DNA from: an uncultured Gammaproteobacteria bacterium
Lineage (GTDB): Bacteria; Patescibacteriota; Patescibacteriia; UBA11705; DATKZF01
Direction of reading: 5' to 3'
DNA: 64,000 nucleotides
Assembly: GCA_964411255.1 (NCBI GenBank)
Contig: CAYPKD010000001.1
Coordinates: 7,331-71,330 of the forward strand
Both the position numbers and the translations under genes were made by a program. Below are positions 20,700 to 29,613 of the stretch, one piece after another. Positions within the stretch are counted from its first letter, which is position 1; each line of letters begins with the position of its first letter. Under the pieces are notes generated by a model, which made no database searches, was not told the origin of the DNA, and was given only the letters and a program-made list of their open reading frames with translations.

Positions 20700-21942
20700 A
20701 ATTATTAATATTTTGGAAATTAATCATATTAACTCTAATCTGATTACTCATAAGTTTATCTAATATAGAATCAAATAGATTCATATAGCAATTTTTCTTC
20801 GATCTTAATAAAATAAGTTTTTTATCAATTGCGCTTAAAGATTGTGAGATACTGGACTGTTCGGATTTATTTGGAAGAGGCACCTTTTGATTTTTCACAT
20901 CATTATCCCTTACAGCTGGATAACTTGCTCCTCTTTGCAAACTCCCTATGGATTTAATAAAATTTTCAGTTAACAAATATTGAAATAAAAAATTATGTTC
21001 AATTTTTTCAGGATTCACTCTGAGGACACAATAGCCAGTACTACAAACCTCATTATCTAATTCAGAAGGAATCACAGCTATTCTCTTCAGGGTGGGTCTT
21101 ACTGTAGCAAAAATTATGTCATTTTCTTGCACTTGTTTTTTTGCTCGACTTGGAGCATCTTTACCAAGAATATTGCTAGTATCTTCTATTTGAAATGATT
21201 CATTAGACACACTTGAAACATCTATGTATTTGAAAAATTCGTTGGGTTTCTTTTTGGGCTCCACATTTGATGTTTTTAATAATAAAGATTTTATTGTTAC
21301 CAAATCCCAACTCTCTGGAATGAAACCAATTTCAGTTTCTTTTTGTCTCTCTCCTTTTGTCCCTTCAGTAAATAGTTTTTGCATTAATACATTCTTAAGT
21401 TCAGTCGTTTGCGCAATAAGTTCATTCTGCATTTCAATTGATTTTTGTATTACTGACAAAATATATGCAATGTTTTTTTGTATACTACCTTCCCACAAAG
21501 GAATTTGAATATTCTTAAAATCTGATTTCTTAAAAAAACCACGAGTTGTTTCTGAATTTCTCTCGATAAATTCTTGAATTGAAGACAAGAGGTAGAAGTA
21601 TAAAAATTTAGGGTTCAACTCTTTATTCCCAGGTGTTACTTTCCACATATTTTGGTTTAATAATGCTGGTAGGATATCTCTCGGTATCATTGTCATTTTA
21701 CCTCTTGTTGCACCCACCATAACAATTAAAATATCTCCTTTATTCAATAAATACTTTGCATATTTTTTTGAAAAATCTTGAGGTAAATATTCAACATCTC
21801 CCAAATTAATTTGTCCCCCCTCCAAAATATTCACAACTCTAAAATTAAGAATACCGCTATCTACGTAGTCCTTGCTCTTGAATGCAAAACCATTTGTAAC
21901 ATCACATTCTTTTCCGATTGTACTATATTTAGTATTACTCAT
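20692..21942 (-). CDS. hsdS: Type I R-M specificity subunit
   Basis: 416 aa, two target-recognition-domain halves separated by conserved spacers; overlaps hsdM and hsdR. Confidence 0.8.
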   Translation of the reverse strand: MSNTKYSTIGKECDVTNGFAFKSKDYVDSGILNFRVVNILEGGQINLGDVEYLPQDFSKKYAKYLLNKGDILIVMVGATRGKMTMIPRDILPALLNQNMWKVTPGNKELNPKFLYFYLLSSIQEFIERNSETTRGFFKKSDFKNIQIPLWEGSIQKNIAYILSVIQKSIEMQNELIAQTTELKNVLMQKLFTEGTKGERQKETEIGFIPESWDLVTIKSLLLKTSNVEPKKKPNEFFKYIDVSSVSNESFQIEDTSNILGKDAPSRAKKQVQENDIIFATVRPTLKRIAVIPSELDNEVCSTGYCVLRVNPEKIEHNFLFQYLLTENFIKSIGSLQRGASYPAVRDNDVKNQKVPLPNKSEQSSISQSLSAIDKKLILLRSKKNCYMNLFDSILDKLMSNQIRVNMINFQNINNYV

Positions 21943-23488
21943 ATCCTAATTTAGAAAGAATCTCCGACATTTCTTTATCGATGTTTTTTGATTCTTTTTC
22001 AATTTCTTTTAATTCCAATACAATTTCTTTGATTGGTTTATGCTCAGCATCATCTGAAATATGTATGTATCGGCTTGGAGAAATATTGTAATCATTTTTA
22101 ATAATTACATCTTTATCAATAAATTCTGAAAATTTCTCGATTTCTTCAAATTTATTAAAAGTATTAGCAATTTTTTCTATTCCTTCATCAGTAATGTAAT
22201 TCTTTGGGTCACCTTTTTTGAATTCTTTAGAAGCATTTACTAAAAAAACTTTGTCTTTATGCTTTTTATTTTTATTCAAAAATAGAATAATACCTGGAGC
22301 AGTAGTATTGTAGAAAAGATTCTCTGGCAAATACAAAACACCTTCCAGTAAATCATTATCTACAAAGTAAGCTCGAGCTTCTTTTTCTTTATTTGTATTT
22401 GCATTTCCTGAACCTCGTGATGCTGCGCCTGTATCAAGTACAATTGCGGCTTTACCAGAATTATTCAAACTAGCCCAAATGTGCTGAACCCAAGCCCAAT
22501 CAGCATTACCACCTGGATTCTTTTTGAAGCGCTCAAAATGGTCATCATTGTAAAAATTATCACCCAAATACGGTAACGAATCCTTTCCTTGATTCCACAT
22601 AGGATTGGCTACCACTCTATTAAATTTCTTTAATTTCCCTTTATCGAGAAATTTAGGGCTTTTCATCGTGTCTCCTATCTCAATATCACCCTCCATGTCA
22701 TGCACAATCATATTCATTTTTGCCATTGCCCAAGTATCTCCTACAAACTCTTGTCCATACAATTTCAATGGTGCAACCTTCTTTTTTCCATTATGCTTTT
22801 GTTGCATTACAATTTGATTTTTAATAAGTAGGCCGCCGCTTCCGCAGGTTGGGTCATAAATATCCATTCCCGGCTCTGGTTCCATTATTTTTGCCATAAT
22901 CAACCCAACTTCAGTAGGGGTATAGAACTCTCCAGCACTTTGGCCGCTATTTTCTGCAAATTTTCTAATAAGATACTCATAACTTCGACCAATGATATCT
23001 GGTTCGACATCTTCCAGACCTAAACGCTTCTGGCTAATCCTTTCAATTAGATTAGACAATCTATCATCTGGAATATCTCGTTGACCATGTGTAGTTGCAT
23101 TAAAATCGACCCGGTCAATAATCCCAGATAAAGAAGGATTTTCTTTAGCAATACCTCGAAGCAAATTTGTTAACTGCTCTCCAACATTACTAGATATTTT
23201 TCGTATTGCTGACCAAACCTCATCTGTGTCTGGATTCAGTGGAATTAAAGGTAGATAATATCGAACTAATTTCCTATCTTTTTCAATTAGTGCAAAAGCC
23301 TTTCTTCTGCCTCCTACTTTCATTGCAATGCGATTTACTTCATCATCGAATACGTCACAAAGCCTTTTAACAAAAATTAGAGGCAAAATATAGTCTTTAT
23401 ACTTTGCGGCATCCTTTGCTCCACGAATAGAGCAGGCTGCATCCCATATCCATGATTCTAATGATTTTCCATTGTTATTTTTTGTCAT
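21935..23488 (-). CDS. hsdM: Type I R-M DNA methyltransferase subunit (N6-adenine)
   Basis: HsdM N-domain; motif I DPTCGSGGLL; motif IV reads NPMW rather than canonical NPPF. Confidence 0.9.
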   Translation of the reverse strand: MTKNNNGKSLESWIWDAACSIRGAKDAAKYKDYILPLIFVKRLCDVFDDEVNRIAMKVGGRRKAFALIEKDRKLVRYYLPLIPLNPDTDEVWSAIRKISSNVGEQLTNLLRGIAKENPSLSGIIDRVDFNATTHGQRDIPDDRLSNLIERISQKRLGLEDVEPDIIGRSYEYLIRKFAENSGQSAGEFYTPTEVGLIMAKIMEPEPGMDIYDPTCGSGGLLIKNQIVMQQKHNGKKKVAPLKLYGQEFVGDTWAMAKMNMIVHDMEGDIEIGDTMKSPKFLDKGKLKKFNRVVANPMWNQGKDSLPYLGDNFYNDDHFERFKKNPGGNADWAWVQHIWASLNNSGKAAIVLDTGAASRGSGNANTNKEKEARAYFVDNDLLEGVLYLPENLFYNTTAPGIILFLNKNKKHKDKVFLVNASKEFKKGDPKNYITDEGIEKIANTFNKFEEIEKFSEFIDKDVIIKNDYNISPSRYIHISDDAEHKPIKEIVLELKEIEKESKNIDKEMSEILSKLGYE

Positions 23489-23499
23489 AAAATTAAAAA

Positions 23500-23676
23500 T
23501 TAATTCTGACTCTCCTGAATAAACTTCTGGAGGTCTTTTTCACTAATTCGCCATTGACCAATCTTAGATGCCTTTAAGCGTCCTGATTCAATATACCGTG
23601 TTACAGACCTTTCGCTTACTCTAAGAATCTCTGCCACTTCTTTTAATGTTAGTAATTTTTCTTTAGTCATAAGCAT
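23500..23676 (-). CDS. Excisionase/AlpA-like helix-turn-helix DNA-binding protein (58 aa)
   Basis: Manual translation MLMTKEKLLTLKEVAEILRVSERSVTRYIESGRLKASKIGQWRISEKDLQKFIQESQN; below ORF-track size cutoff. Confidence 0.55.
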   Translation of the reverse strand: MLMTKEKLLTLKEVAEILRVSERSVTRYIESGRLKASKIGQWRISEKDLQKFIQESQN

Positions 23677-23767
23677 TTGTTATTACTAATATTGTAACTA
23701 ATTAAAAGCGATGTGTCAAAATTTGTCATGTTTTGACATATAGGTTTAATTTGAGTAAAGTAATGGT

Positions 23768-24748
23768 ATGAGCAAACAAACTACAACAAAAAGAAGTCAT
23801 TATCTTCCCAAAACTTACCTAAAGCATTTTCTTTTGGATGATGCTTTGTTTATGTATATGAAAGGGAAAAAATTTTTTGATGAAGAAAAAACACCCGCGG
23901 AAAGAATATTAAAGGTTGGGGGTGAAGATGGGCTAACAAATATTGGGTTGAAAAATAATTTGTATAATCCCGAAATTGATGGTATTTCCAGTGATGATAT
24001 GGAGGAGATATTCAGAGGATATGGGGAGGACTACTACAATGAATTGATATATGATATTAGCAAGTTAGATGACCAAGCTTTAATACCAGAAATAATAAAA
24101 TCAAAATTAGCTTATTTTCTAGCTTCAATGCGTGTACGAACACCTCAATTCAAATCAGAAACTGAAGAAATGGACACCGCATTTAGAAAGCATTTCTCTA
24201 AAAGACATTTTGAACTAATTAACCCTGAGGAAATAGTTGAAGTAAGTAAAAAAGAATTTTCTAATGAAATAAGCCTGGAAGAAGCTAATAAGATAAAGGA
24301 CTGTATTGTTAAACAAGAATATGATCTTAAATATCCCAATGGCTTTTTTATTCAAATGGCCCTTATGATGATAAATCACTATGCTGACATTTTCCATCAA
24401 ATGACTGTAAGCATAGTAAAGTCTGATGGGCGATATTTTGTAACTTCTGATAATCCAGTAGTATATTTCGTTCCTCCTGAGAAAGTAAATTTCTATCATC
24501 CCCCTAAAGCACTTGTAAGTCCATTTACAGAATTATTTTTTCCACTGACAAAAGACTTAGCGGTAACTTTAAATTGGAGAAAGAATGAAGAGCGAATAAC
24601 CAAAACATCAAGGGCAATAGTTGAGATATTTAATAATAACATTACTCACCATTCTTTCGACTTTATTTTTTCACCAATTCAAATGAAAGCACTAAACAAG
24701 TTTACAAAAGAACACATACCTTATCCATTCAAAATTAGGGTTAGCTAA
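23768..24748 (+). CDS. DUF4238-like protein
   Basis: N-terminal HYLPKTYLKHF matches the DUF4238 signature start; only plus-strand gene in island. Confidence 0.5.
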   Translation: MSKQTTTKRSHYLPKTYLKHFLLDDALFMYMKGKKFFDEEKTPAERILKVGGEDGLTNIGLKNNLYNPEIDGISSDDMEEIFRGYGEDYYNELIYDISKLDDQALIPEIIKSKLAYFLASMRVRTPQFKSETEEMDTAFRKHFSKRHFELINPEEIVEVSKKEFSNEISLEEANKIKDCIVKQEYDLKYPNGFFIQMALMMINHYADIFHQMTVSIVKSDGRYFVTSDNPVVYFVPPEKVNFYHPPKALVSPFTELFFPLTKDLAVTLNWRKNEERITKTSRAIVEIFNNNITHHSFDFIFSPIQMKALNKFTKEHIPYPFKIRVS

Positions 24749-25656
24749 TAATCATCAAGTGGATGTTTTCTAATCTGGGACCGTAAATGCTCTGCTGAAG
24801 CAGCCAGATAAATCGTCGTTGTCTTGATGTCCGCATGCCCCATCATTCTAGATAAAGAATAAATATCACATCCTCCCTCCAACATCAACGTCGCAAATGT
24901 GTGGCGTAGTTTGTGAATCGTAAACGGAATCTCTGACGAATCACGAATTTTTTCAACTAGTCTTTTAATACCTGAGTCAGCAAATCCGCAATTTCTGTTT
25001 AATGAAGCAAAAAATTCTGGGCAAGTCTTTTTCAGACGTTTGCGTTCTATTAAATATTTTTCTAAACTTTCAGCCAATTTTGAACCTATTGGTATAATTC
25101 TGTCTTTACTTCCCTTTCCCTGATAAACAAATATAGACATATTTTCTAAATCAACGTCAGATAACTTTAATTTTATCAATTCTCTTTTTCTGAGCCCAGC
25201 AAATAGAAATACTGAAAATATTGCATGATTTCTGTATCTGAGATATCGATACTTATACGGGTAGTTATAGACCACTTCCAGTAATCTATTAGCTTCTTGC
25301 CTTGATAACTTGGGAGGTAGTTTCTTTTCAAGCTTTGGGACTTCAATATCCTCTGCAAAATTTTGTTCAAGATGACCTTCTTGAACACACCACCTGAAAA
25401 ATACCAAGAGACTCTTATGATAAGTTATGAACGTGTTTGTGCTCCAATCTCTTTGAGTTCTCCCATCATAAAAAAACTTTCTGACATTGGTTTCATTTAC
25501 TTCTGATATTTTTTTTATTTCTGAAAGACTGCAATACAAATTGATACATACTCTGTATCTTTTAATTGTGTCGCCTGAATACCCCCTGATATAGCTTGAG
25601 TATTCACAAAACTGTTTGCCTAAATTTTTTATCAACATAAAAATACTGCCTTTCAA
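24745..25656 (-). CDS. Tyrosine recombinase / integrase (second)
   Basis: HKLRHTFATLMLEGGCDIYSLSRMMGHADIKTTTIYL; adjacent to island tRNA-Thr and left junction. Confidence 0.85.
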   Translation of the reverse strand: MKGSIFMLIKNLGKQFCEYSSYIRGYSGDTIKRYRVCINLYCSLSEIKKISEVNETNVRKFFYDGRTQRDWSTNTFITYHKSLLVFFRWCVQEGHLEQNFAEDIEVPKLEKKLPPKLSRQEANRLLEVVYNYPYKYRYLRYRNHAIFSVFLFAGLRKRELIKLKLSDVDLENMSIFVYQGKGSKDRIIPIGSKLAESLEKYLIERKRLKKTCPEFFASLNRNCGFADSGIKRLVEKIRDSSEIPFTIHKLRHTFATLMLEGGCDIYSLSRMMGHADIKTTTIYLAASAEHLRSQIRKHPLDDY

Positions 25657-25672
25657 TTGCAGTATTTCTAAA

Positions 25673-25748
25673 TGGAGCCGTCTTCGGGACTTGAACCCGA
25701 GACCCCCACCTTACCATGGTGGTGCTCTACCAGCTGAGCTAAGACGGC
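25673..25748 (-). tRNA. tRNA-Thr(GGT), intact, island-borne
   Basis: Reverse strand GCCGTCTTAGCTCAGCTGGTAGAGCACCACCATGGTAAGGTGGGGGTCTCGGGTTCAAGTCCCGAAGACGGCTCCA folds to canonical cloverleaf. Confidence 0.85.
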
Positions 25749-25886
25749 AAATTTGGTTTGCTGGTCAGACCTATAAAGCTTTATAAGTCGGTTAGCCGAC
25801 GACCTGTTTAGTAATAGAGATGGGGTCTATTATTAACAATTTAGCTAGTATTAGCGTAAAGAGTTAAAATTCATATGACCTGTTTA

Positions 25887-25924
25887 TTACCATGGAGTTG
25901 CTCTACCAACTGAGCTACGTTGGC
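25887..25924 (-). pseudogene. 5' half of split tRNA-Thr(GGT); island left junction
   Basis: Reverse strand GCCAACGTAGCTCAGTTGGTAGAGCAACTCCATGGTAA; acceptor GCCAACG pairs with CGTTGGC in the 3' half at 13814..13858. Confidence 0.8.
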
Positions 25925-26051
25925 TTAAATTCTGAATTATTGAAATAACTTAACATTTTATCGTAAATTCCTTTAATTTTATTCATATATTCATCATTCC
26001 CTTTTAATTCTTCAGCTTTGCTTTTTACTTTTAACGCCAAGTCTTCTGTAA

Positions 26052-26561
26052 TCAATAATTTTCCCACATCATATATTCATCTATTATTGCTATTTCTTCC
26101 TTGTCTTTATATGTATCAATAAAAATCTGATTATATTCCTTTAGTTGATCTAAACTTTCATTATTTGGTGTTTCAACATGTTTTAAATAATGTAAATAAT
26201 TTTGAATATCAAATTTTTTAAAATCAAGTATATCTTGTACCACTTTAATTGCTGCTCTTGTTATCCATAACTCAGATGATTGAAAATTCTTTTTGCTTAA
26301 TATGTCAGGGAAAATTTGCTCCATAATTATCCTTTGAATTTTGTCACAAATTAAATGTACTGCCCATCCCTTTTTAAAATCATCATCTTTATAAAAAGTT
26401 TCTTTAAGAAAATTTTTATCATGTGTTAAATTTTTATCAATCCCAGTAATATAACGGCTGTCAGGATAAATTGTCCCAGATATATATCTTTTCATTTCCT
26501 TAACATCAAACTGATCTTTTACATCCACTGCAAAACGTATGTGAGAGCATTCCAATGCCAT
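26052..26561 (-). CDS. Hypothetical protein (169 aa)
   Basis: ORF only. Confidence 0.4.
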   Translation of the reverse strand: MALECSHIRFAVDVKDQFDVKEMKRYISGTIYPDSRYITGIDKNLTHDKNFLKETFYKDDDFKKGWAVHLICDKIQRIIMEQIFPDILSKKNFQSSELWITRAAIKVVQDILDFKKFDIQNYLHYLKHVETPNNESLDQLKEYNQIFIDTYKDKEEIAIIDEYMMWENY

Positions 26562-26651
26562 AATAATTTTTATAATAGCTATTTTGCATTTTTATTTATT
26601 TCGCGTTTTTGCTTGTCATCCGAAGCCTTGCGCGAAGGATGACGTTTGCAC

Positions 26652-27542
26652 TTACCACAAATAATTCATTCCTTTAGAATTCTTTACTGCTTCCATTTTC
26701 TCAATAATCTCTCTATAATCTTTTAATTTTTGATTTTCAGGATTGATTCTTTTCAAACTATTTAACGCCTCTACGGCCAACACTTTATTTTTAGCTGCAA
26801 TGCTTGCTTCAATTAATAAGTCTAGATTTCGCGGATTATTTGGTTCAAGCTGAACGGCCTTTTTAAAATATTCAATACAATTTGTAAAATCTTCCATGGC
26901 AAACAAAACTTCTCCTAAATCCACATAATCATCAGCCAAATCAATACTGTTTGAAAATGTTTTTATTTCTTTTCCATCTTCCTGCTTTGTAATTTCCTCA
27001 CTGCCCTTTAGATCTAATTTTAAAACAAATTTATATGTTTCCAAAGCCTGTTTATATTCCTTCTTTTTCATATACAAATCAGCCAGTCCCGTATATGCCT
27101 TTTTTTCCTGCGGCGCTAAGCTGATAATTTCAATATACTTTTTCTCAGCCTCCTCATAATCTTCCTTTTTATAACTTTCCTGCGCTTCATCCAATATCTG
27201 ATCAATTTTTCTTTTAAATTCCATTGAATTTTTTGCCACTCCTTTTGTTTCTTCCCTTTTATATTTCTTTTCCAAATCCTGCGCCTTTTTATATAAACTT
27301 TTTAAGCTATCAGAAAATTTTGCCCATGACGGCACCAGCCCTTTTAATACCACTTCCTTTGTCTTTGTTGTCTTTCGCTTTAATCTGCCAATTAAAATCT
27401 TATCTCTGGTCTGCTTTTCCTTTTCCCGGGAAATTGTAGAAATATCTAAAGTCCTCAGCTGGGGCATTTTTTTTACAATTATAAATACAATGATGCCCAA
27501 ACTGACAACAATAACTCCTAATAATATCCAGAATAAAATCAT
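26652..27542 (-). CDS. Membrane-anchored TPR repeat protein
   Basis: N-terminal TM helix; several TPR-like repeats (AYTGLADLYMKKKEYKQALETYKFVLKLD). Confidence 0.6.
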   Translation of the reverse strand: MILFWILLGVIVVSLGIIVFIIVKKMPQLRTLDISTISREKEKQTRDKILIGRLKRKTTKTKEVVLKGLVPSWAKFSDSLKSLYKKAQDLEKKYKREETKGVAKNSMEFKRKIDQILDEAQESYKKEDYEEAEKKYIEIISLAPQEKKAYTGLADLYMKKKEYKQALETYKFVLKLDLKGSEEITKQEDGKEIKTFSNSIDLADDYVDLGEVLFAMEDFTNCIEYFKKAVQLEPNNPRNLDLLIEASIAAKNKVLAVEALNSLKRINPENQKLKDYREIIEKMEAVKNSKGMNYLW

Positions 27543-27634
27543 ATAGTGAAATAAAAATAAGATAAAAATACCTTATTTGCCAATAATCTTATTAAAACAA
27601 TTTAACAGCTAAAATAACAAAAGTCAACTATGCT

Positions 27635-28357
27635 TTAGAAAATCTTTTTTAACTCATCCGCATCCAAACTTGTTTTACCCACTAAAAATCCATTAATTTC
27701 TTTAACCTTTAAATACTCTTTAATATTTTTACTATTTACACTGCCACCATATAAAAAATTTGTTTTCTCATCCCAAAAGTCACTACCCAGCATAGATACT
27801 ATCATTCTCTTTGCCATCCTGCCTACGTTTTTAACAATGTCTGCTGAACAGTTTTTACCTGTGCCGATTGCCCAGACTGGTTCATAAGCCAGCATTATTC
27901 GGTTATTTTCATTCGGCTTAATTGTATTCAGAGCTGATTTAATCTGGTTGACAATAACTTGCTCACGATTTTCCATCTCTTCTTCTTTTTCTCCAAAGCA
28001 CAATATTGGAATTATCTGAGCTTTCCAGGCCTGTTTTACTTTTTGATTAATCAATTCATCAGTTTCATTTAAATGCTGCCTTCTTTCTGAATGGCCGATA
28101 ATTACATATTTGCAGTCCAATTCTTTTAACGTTTTGGCTGAAACTTCTCCAGTGTATGATCCTTTTTCCCAGGCAGCGCAATTTTGAGCAGCCAAATCAA
28201 GACTGCACTGTTTTCGAACTGCCCGCAGCATTGGAAAACTGGGTGCCAAAATTAACTCAAACTTTTTTTGAGGTAAAGATCTGGCATTTGCTGCTAAGCT
28301 CAAGGTTTCACCAAAACCCAGATTCATTTTCCAATTAGCAATAAAATATTTTTTCAT
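27635..28357 (-). CDS. tpiA: Triosephosphate isomerase
   Basis: IANWKMN, VIIGHSERR, AYEPVWAIGTG, YGGSV motifs; start taken at MKKYFIANWKMN. Confidence 0.85.
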   Translation of the reverse strand: MKKYFIANWKMNLGFGETLSLAANARSLPQKKFELILAPSFPMLRAVRKQCSLDLAAQNCAAWEKGSYTGEVSAKTLKELDCKYVIIGHSERRQHLNETDELINQKVKQAWKAQIIPILCFGEKEEEMENREQVIVNQIKSALNTIKPNENNRIMLAYEPVWAIGTGKNCSADIVKNVGRMAKRMIVSMLGSDFWDEKTNFLYGGSVNSKNIKEYLKVKEINGFLVGKTSLDADELKKIF

Positions 28358-28478
28358 ATATATATGATCCGAATAACCCAAATCACCAATCCGAATGCCA
28401 CGAATATAAACCATAATTATTTCAAAATATTCGGGGCATTTGGGGTATTCGCATACATTCGAGGCTTCGGATTATTTT

Positions 28479-29588
28479 CTAAATTCTGGCCGACGACCGA
28501 GCGCCGCGAAAGTCAAAACGATAATCCGGACTAGACCAATCCAAGAGCAACCGCCCATTGCCTCGATTCCAGTAAAAACAGCCAACGCCGCCCGCGCTCT
28601 TTAAATATCCTGCTAAATTCCAATTTACTTTGCCACTTCCCTGATAATCATCAATTCCTTTGTTGTTTTTTTGTAAATAATGCATGAAATATACCAATTC
28701 CGCTTCCGGTGTCATACCGCTTTCACCCTTGTATTGAGGATCGGTTTGCATTTTCTCCAAATACTGCTCTGGCGATTTATTCGCCTCCAATTGTTTTCTT
28801 TCCCCGACAGTTCTTCCCTTGCCTTCTGCTGGCAAATCCGGCAGATCTTCTATAAACATCACTTCCCATCCATCTGTATTTTCTATAATTTTTTCTTTTG
28901 TTTTGCCTCCATGATTTTCCTTATCATACTTTTCCGGATAATAAACCAAGTCACTATCACCTCCAATATCCACTTCTCCGCCTTTATACCCTTCTGCCAG
29001 CCAAATTGGCTTTTTCTCCCCTTTTTCCTCCTTTAGTTCAAGCAAATCTCCATTTGTACCTTTCAAATTTCTTTCTTTATGCTTTTTGATTATCAACTCT
29101 TTGGCTTTCTCTATTATATCGCTCAACTTCATGCCAAACGGCACTATTAAAAGCTGCGTAAAGCCCTGTTCTCTCTTTTTTTCAAGCAATTCTTTTTTTG
29201 CCTCAACTCGTTTCAAAATATCATCATAGGATGGGATTGGTCTGGGCTGGTCTTTAATATCAATAAATCCCAGTTCTCCGCTTGGTAATTTTTCAATCAG
29301 TCCATTCTTTTTTAAAGTTTCTATCTGGTCTTCATATTGTTCTTTTAACTCAAAGGTCTTTTCACTTTCTTTTTTTCCCTTGATTTTCAATAATTCATTT
29401 TTGTAATCTGTATACAAATCCAAAGCTTCTTGCAACTTCCCAGCTTTTTCCGCAGCCACTGCCTTATCCATAATCTTACCTAAAAATTCCTTTTCTTCTG
29501 AGGTGAGTGGTACACGCTTAACTTCTGCCCGCTGCGGGCGGGCCATTTTTAATTGGCTTTCTAATGATTGTTTTGGATTTTCTGGCAT
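28479..29588 (-). CDS. Hypothetical protein, paralog B of 1805..2902
   Basis: ~85% aa identity to paralog A with long identical DNA runs; ORF-track N-extension trimmed to MPENPKQ. Confidence 0.6.
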   Translation of the reverse strand: MPENPKQSLESQLKMARPQRAEVKRVPLTSEEKEFLGKIMDKAVAAEKAGKLQEALDLYTDYKNELLKIKGKKESEKTFELKEQYEDQIETLKKNGLIEKLPSGELGFIDIKDQPRPIPSYDDILKRVEAKKELLEKKREQGFTQLLIVPFGMKLSDIIEKAKELIIKKHKERNLKGTNGDLLELKEEKGEKKPIWLAEGYKGGEVDIGGDSDLVYYPEKYDKENHGGKTKEKIIENTDGWEVMFIEDLPDLPAEGKGRTVGERKQLEANKSPEQYLEKMQTDPQYKGESGMTPEAELVYFMHYLQKNNKGIDDYQGSGKVNWNLAGYLKSAGGVGCFYWNRGNGRLLLDWSSPDYRFDFRGARSSARI

Positions 29589-29613
29589 ATAGTAATAATA
29601 TGCAATTCTCAAA

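Larger units (their letters stand above)
13852..25893. mobile_element. Integrative genomic island (~12 kb) inserted in tRNA-Thr(GGT) anticodon loop, flanked by 7-bp direct repeat TTACCAT (plus strand)
   Basis: Two tRNA halves rejoin into a perfect 76-nt cloverleaf; core ATGGTAA at both junctions; two tyrosine recombinases and an Xis-like HTH inside. Confidence 0.75.

Noticed and set aside
13814-25924. Considered whether the two tRNA-Thr halves are a functional trans-spliced split tRNA (as in Nanoarchaeum) or a giant tRNA intron
   Set aside because: The halves lack complementary GC-rich leader/trailer sequences, overlap by a 7-bp duplicated core typical of site-specific recombination, and the interval encodes integrases and an excisionase. 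An insertion is far more parsimonious.
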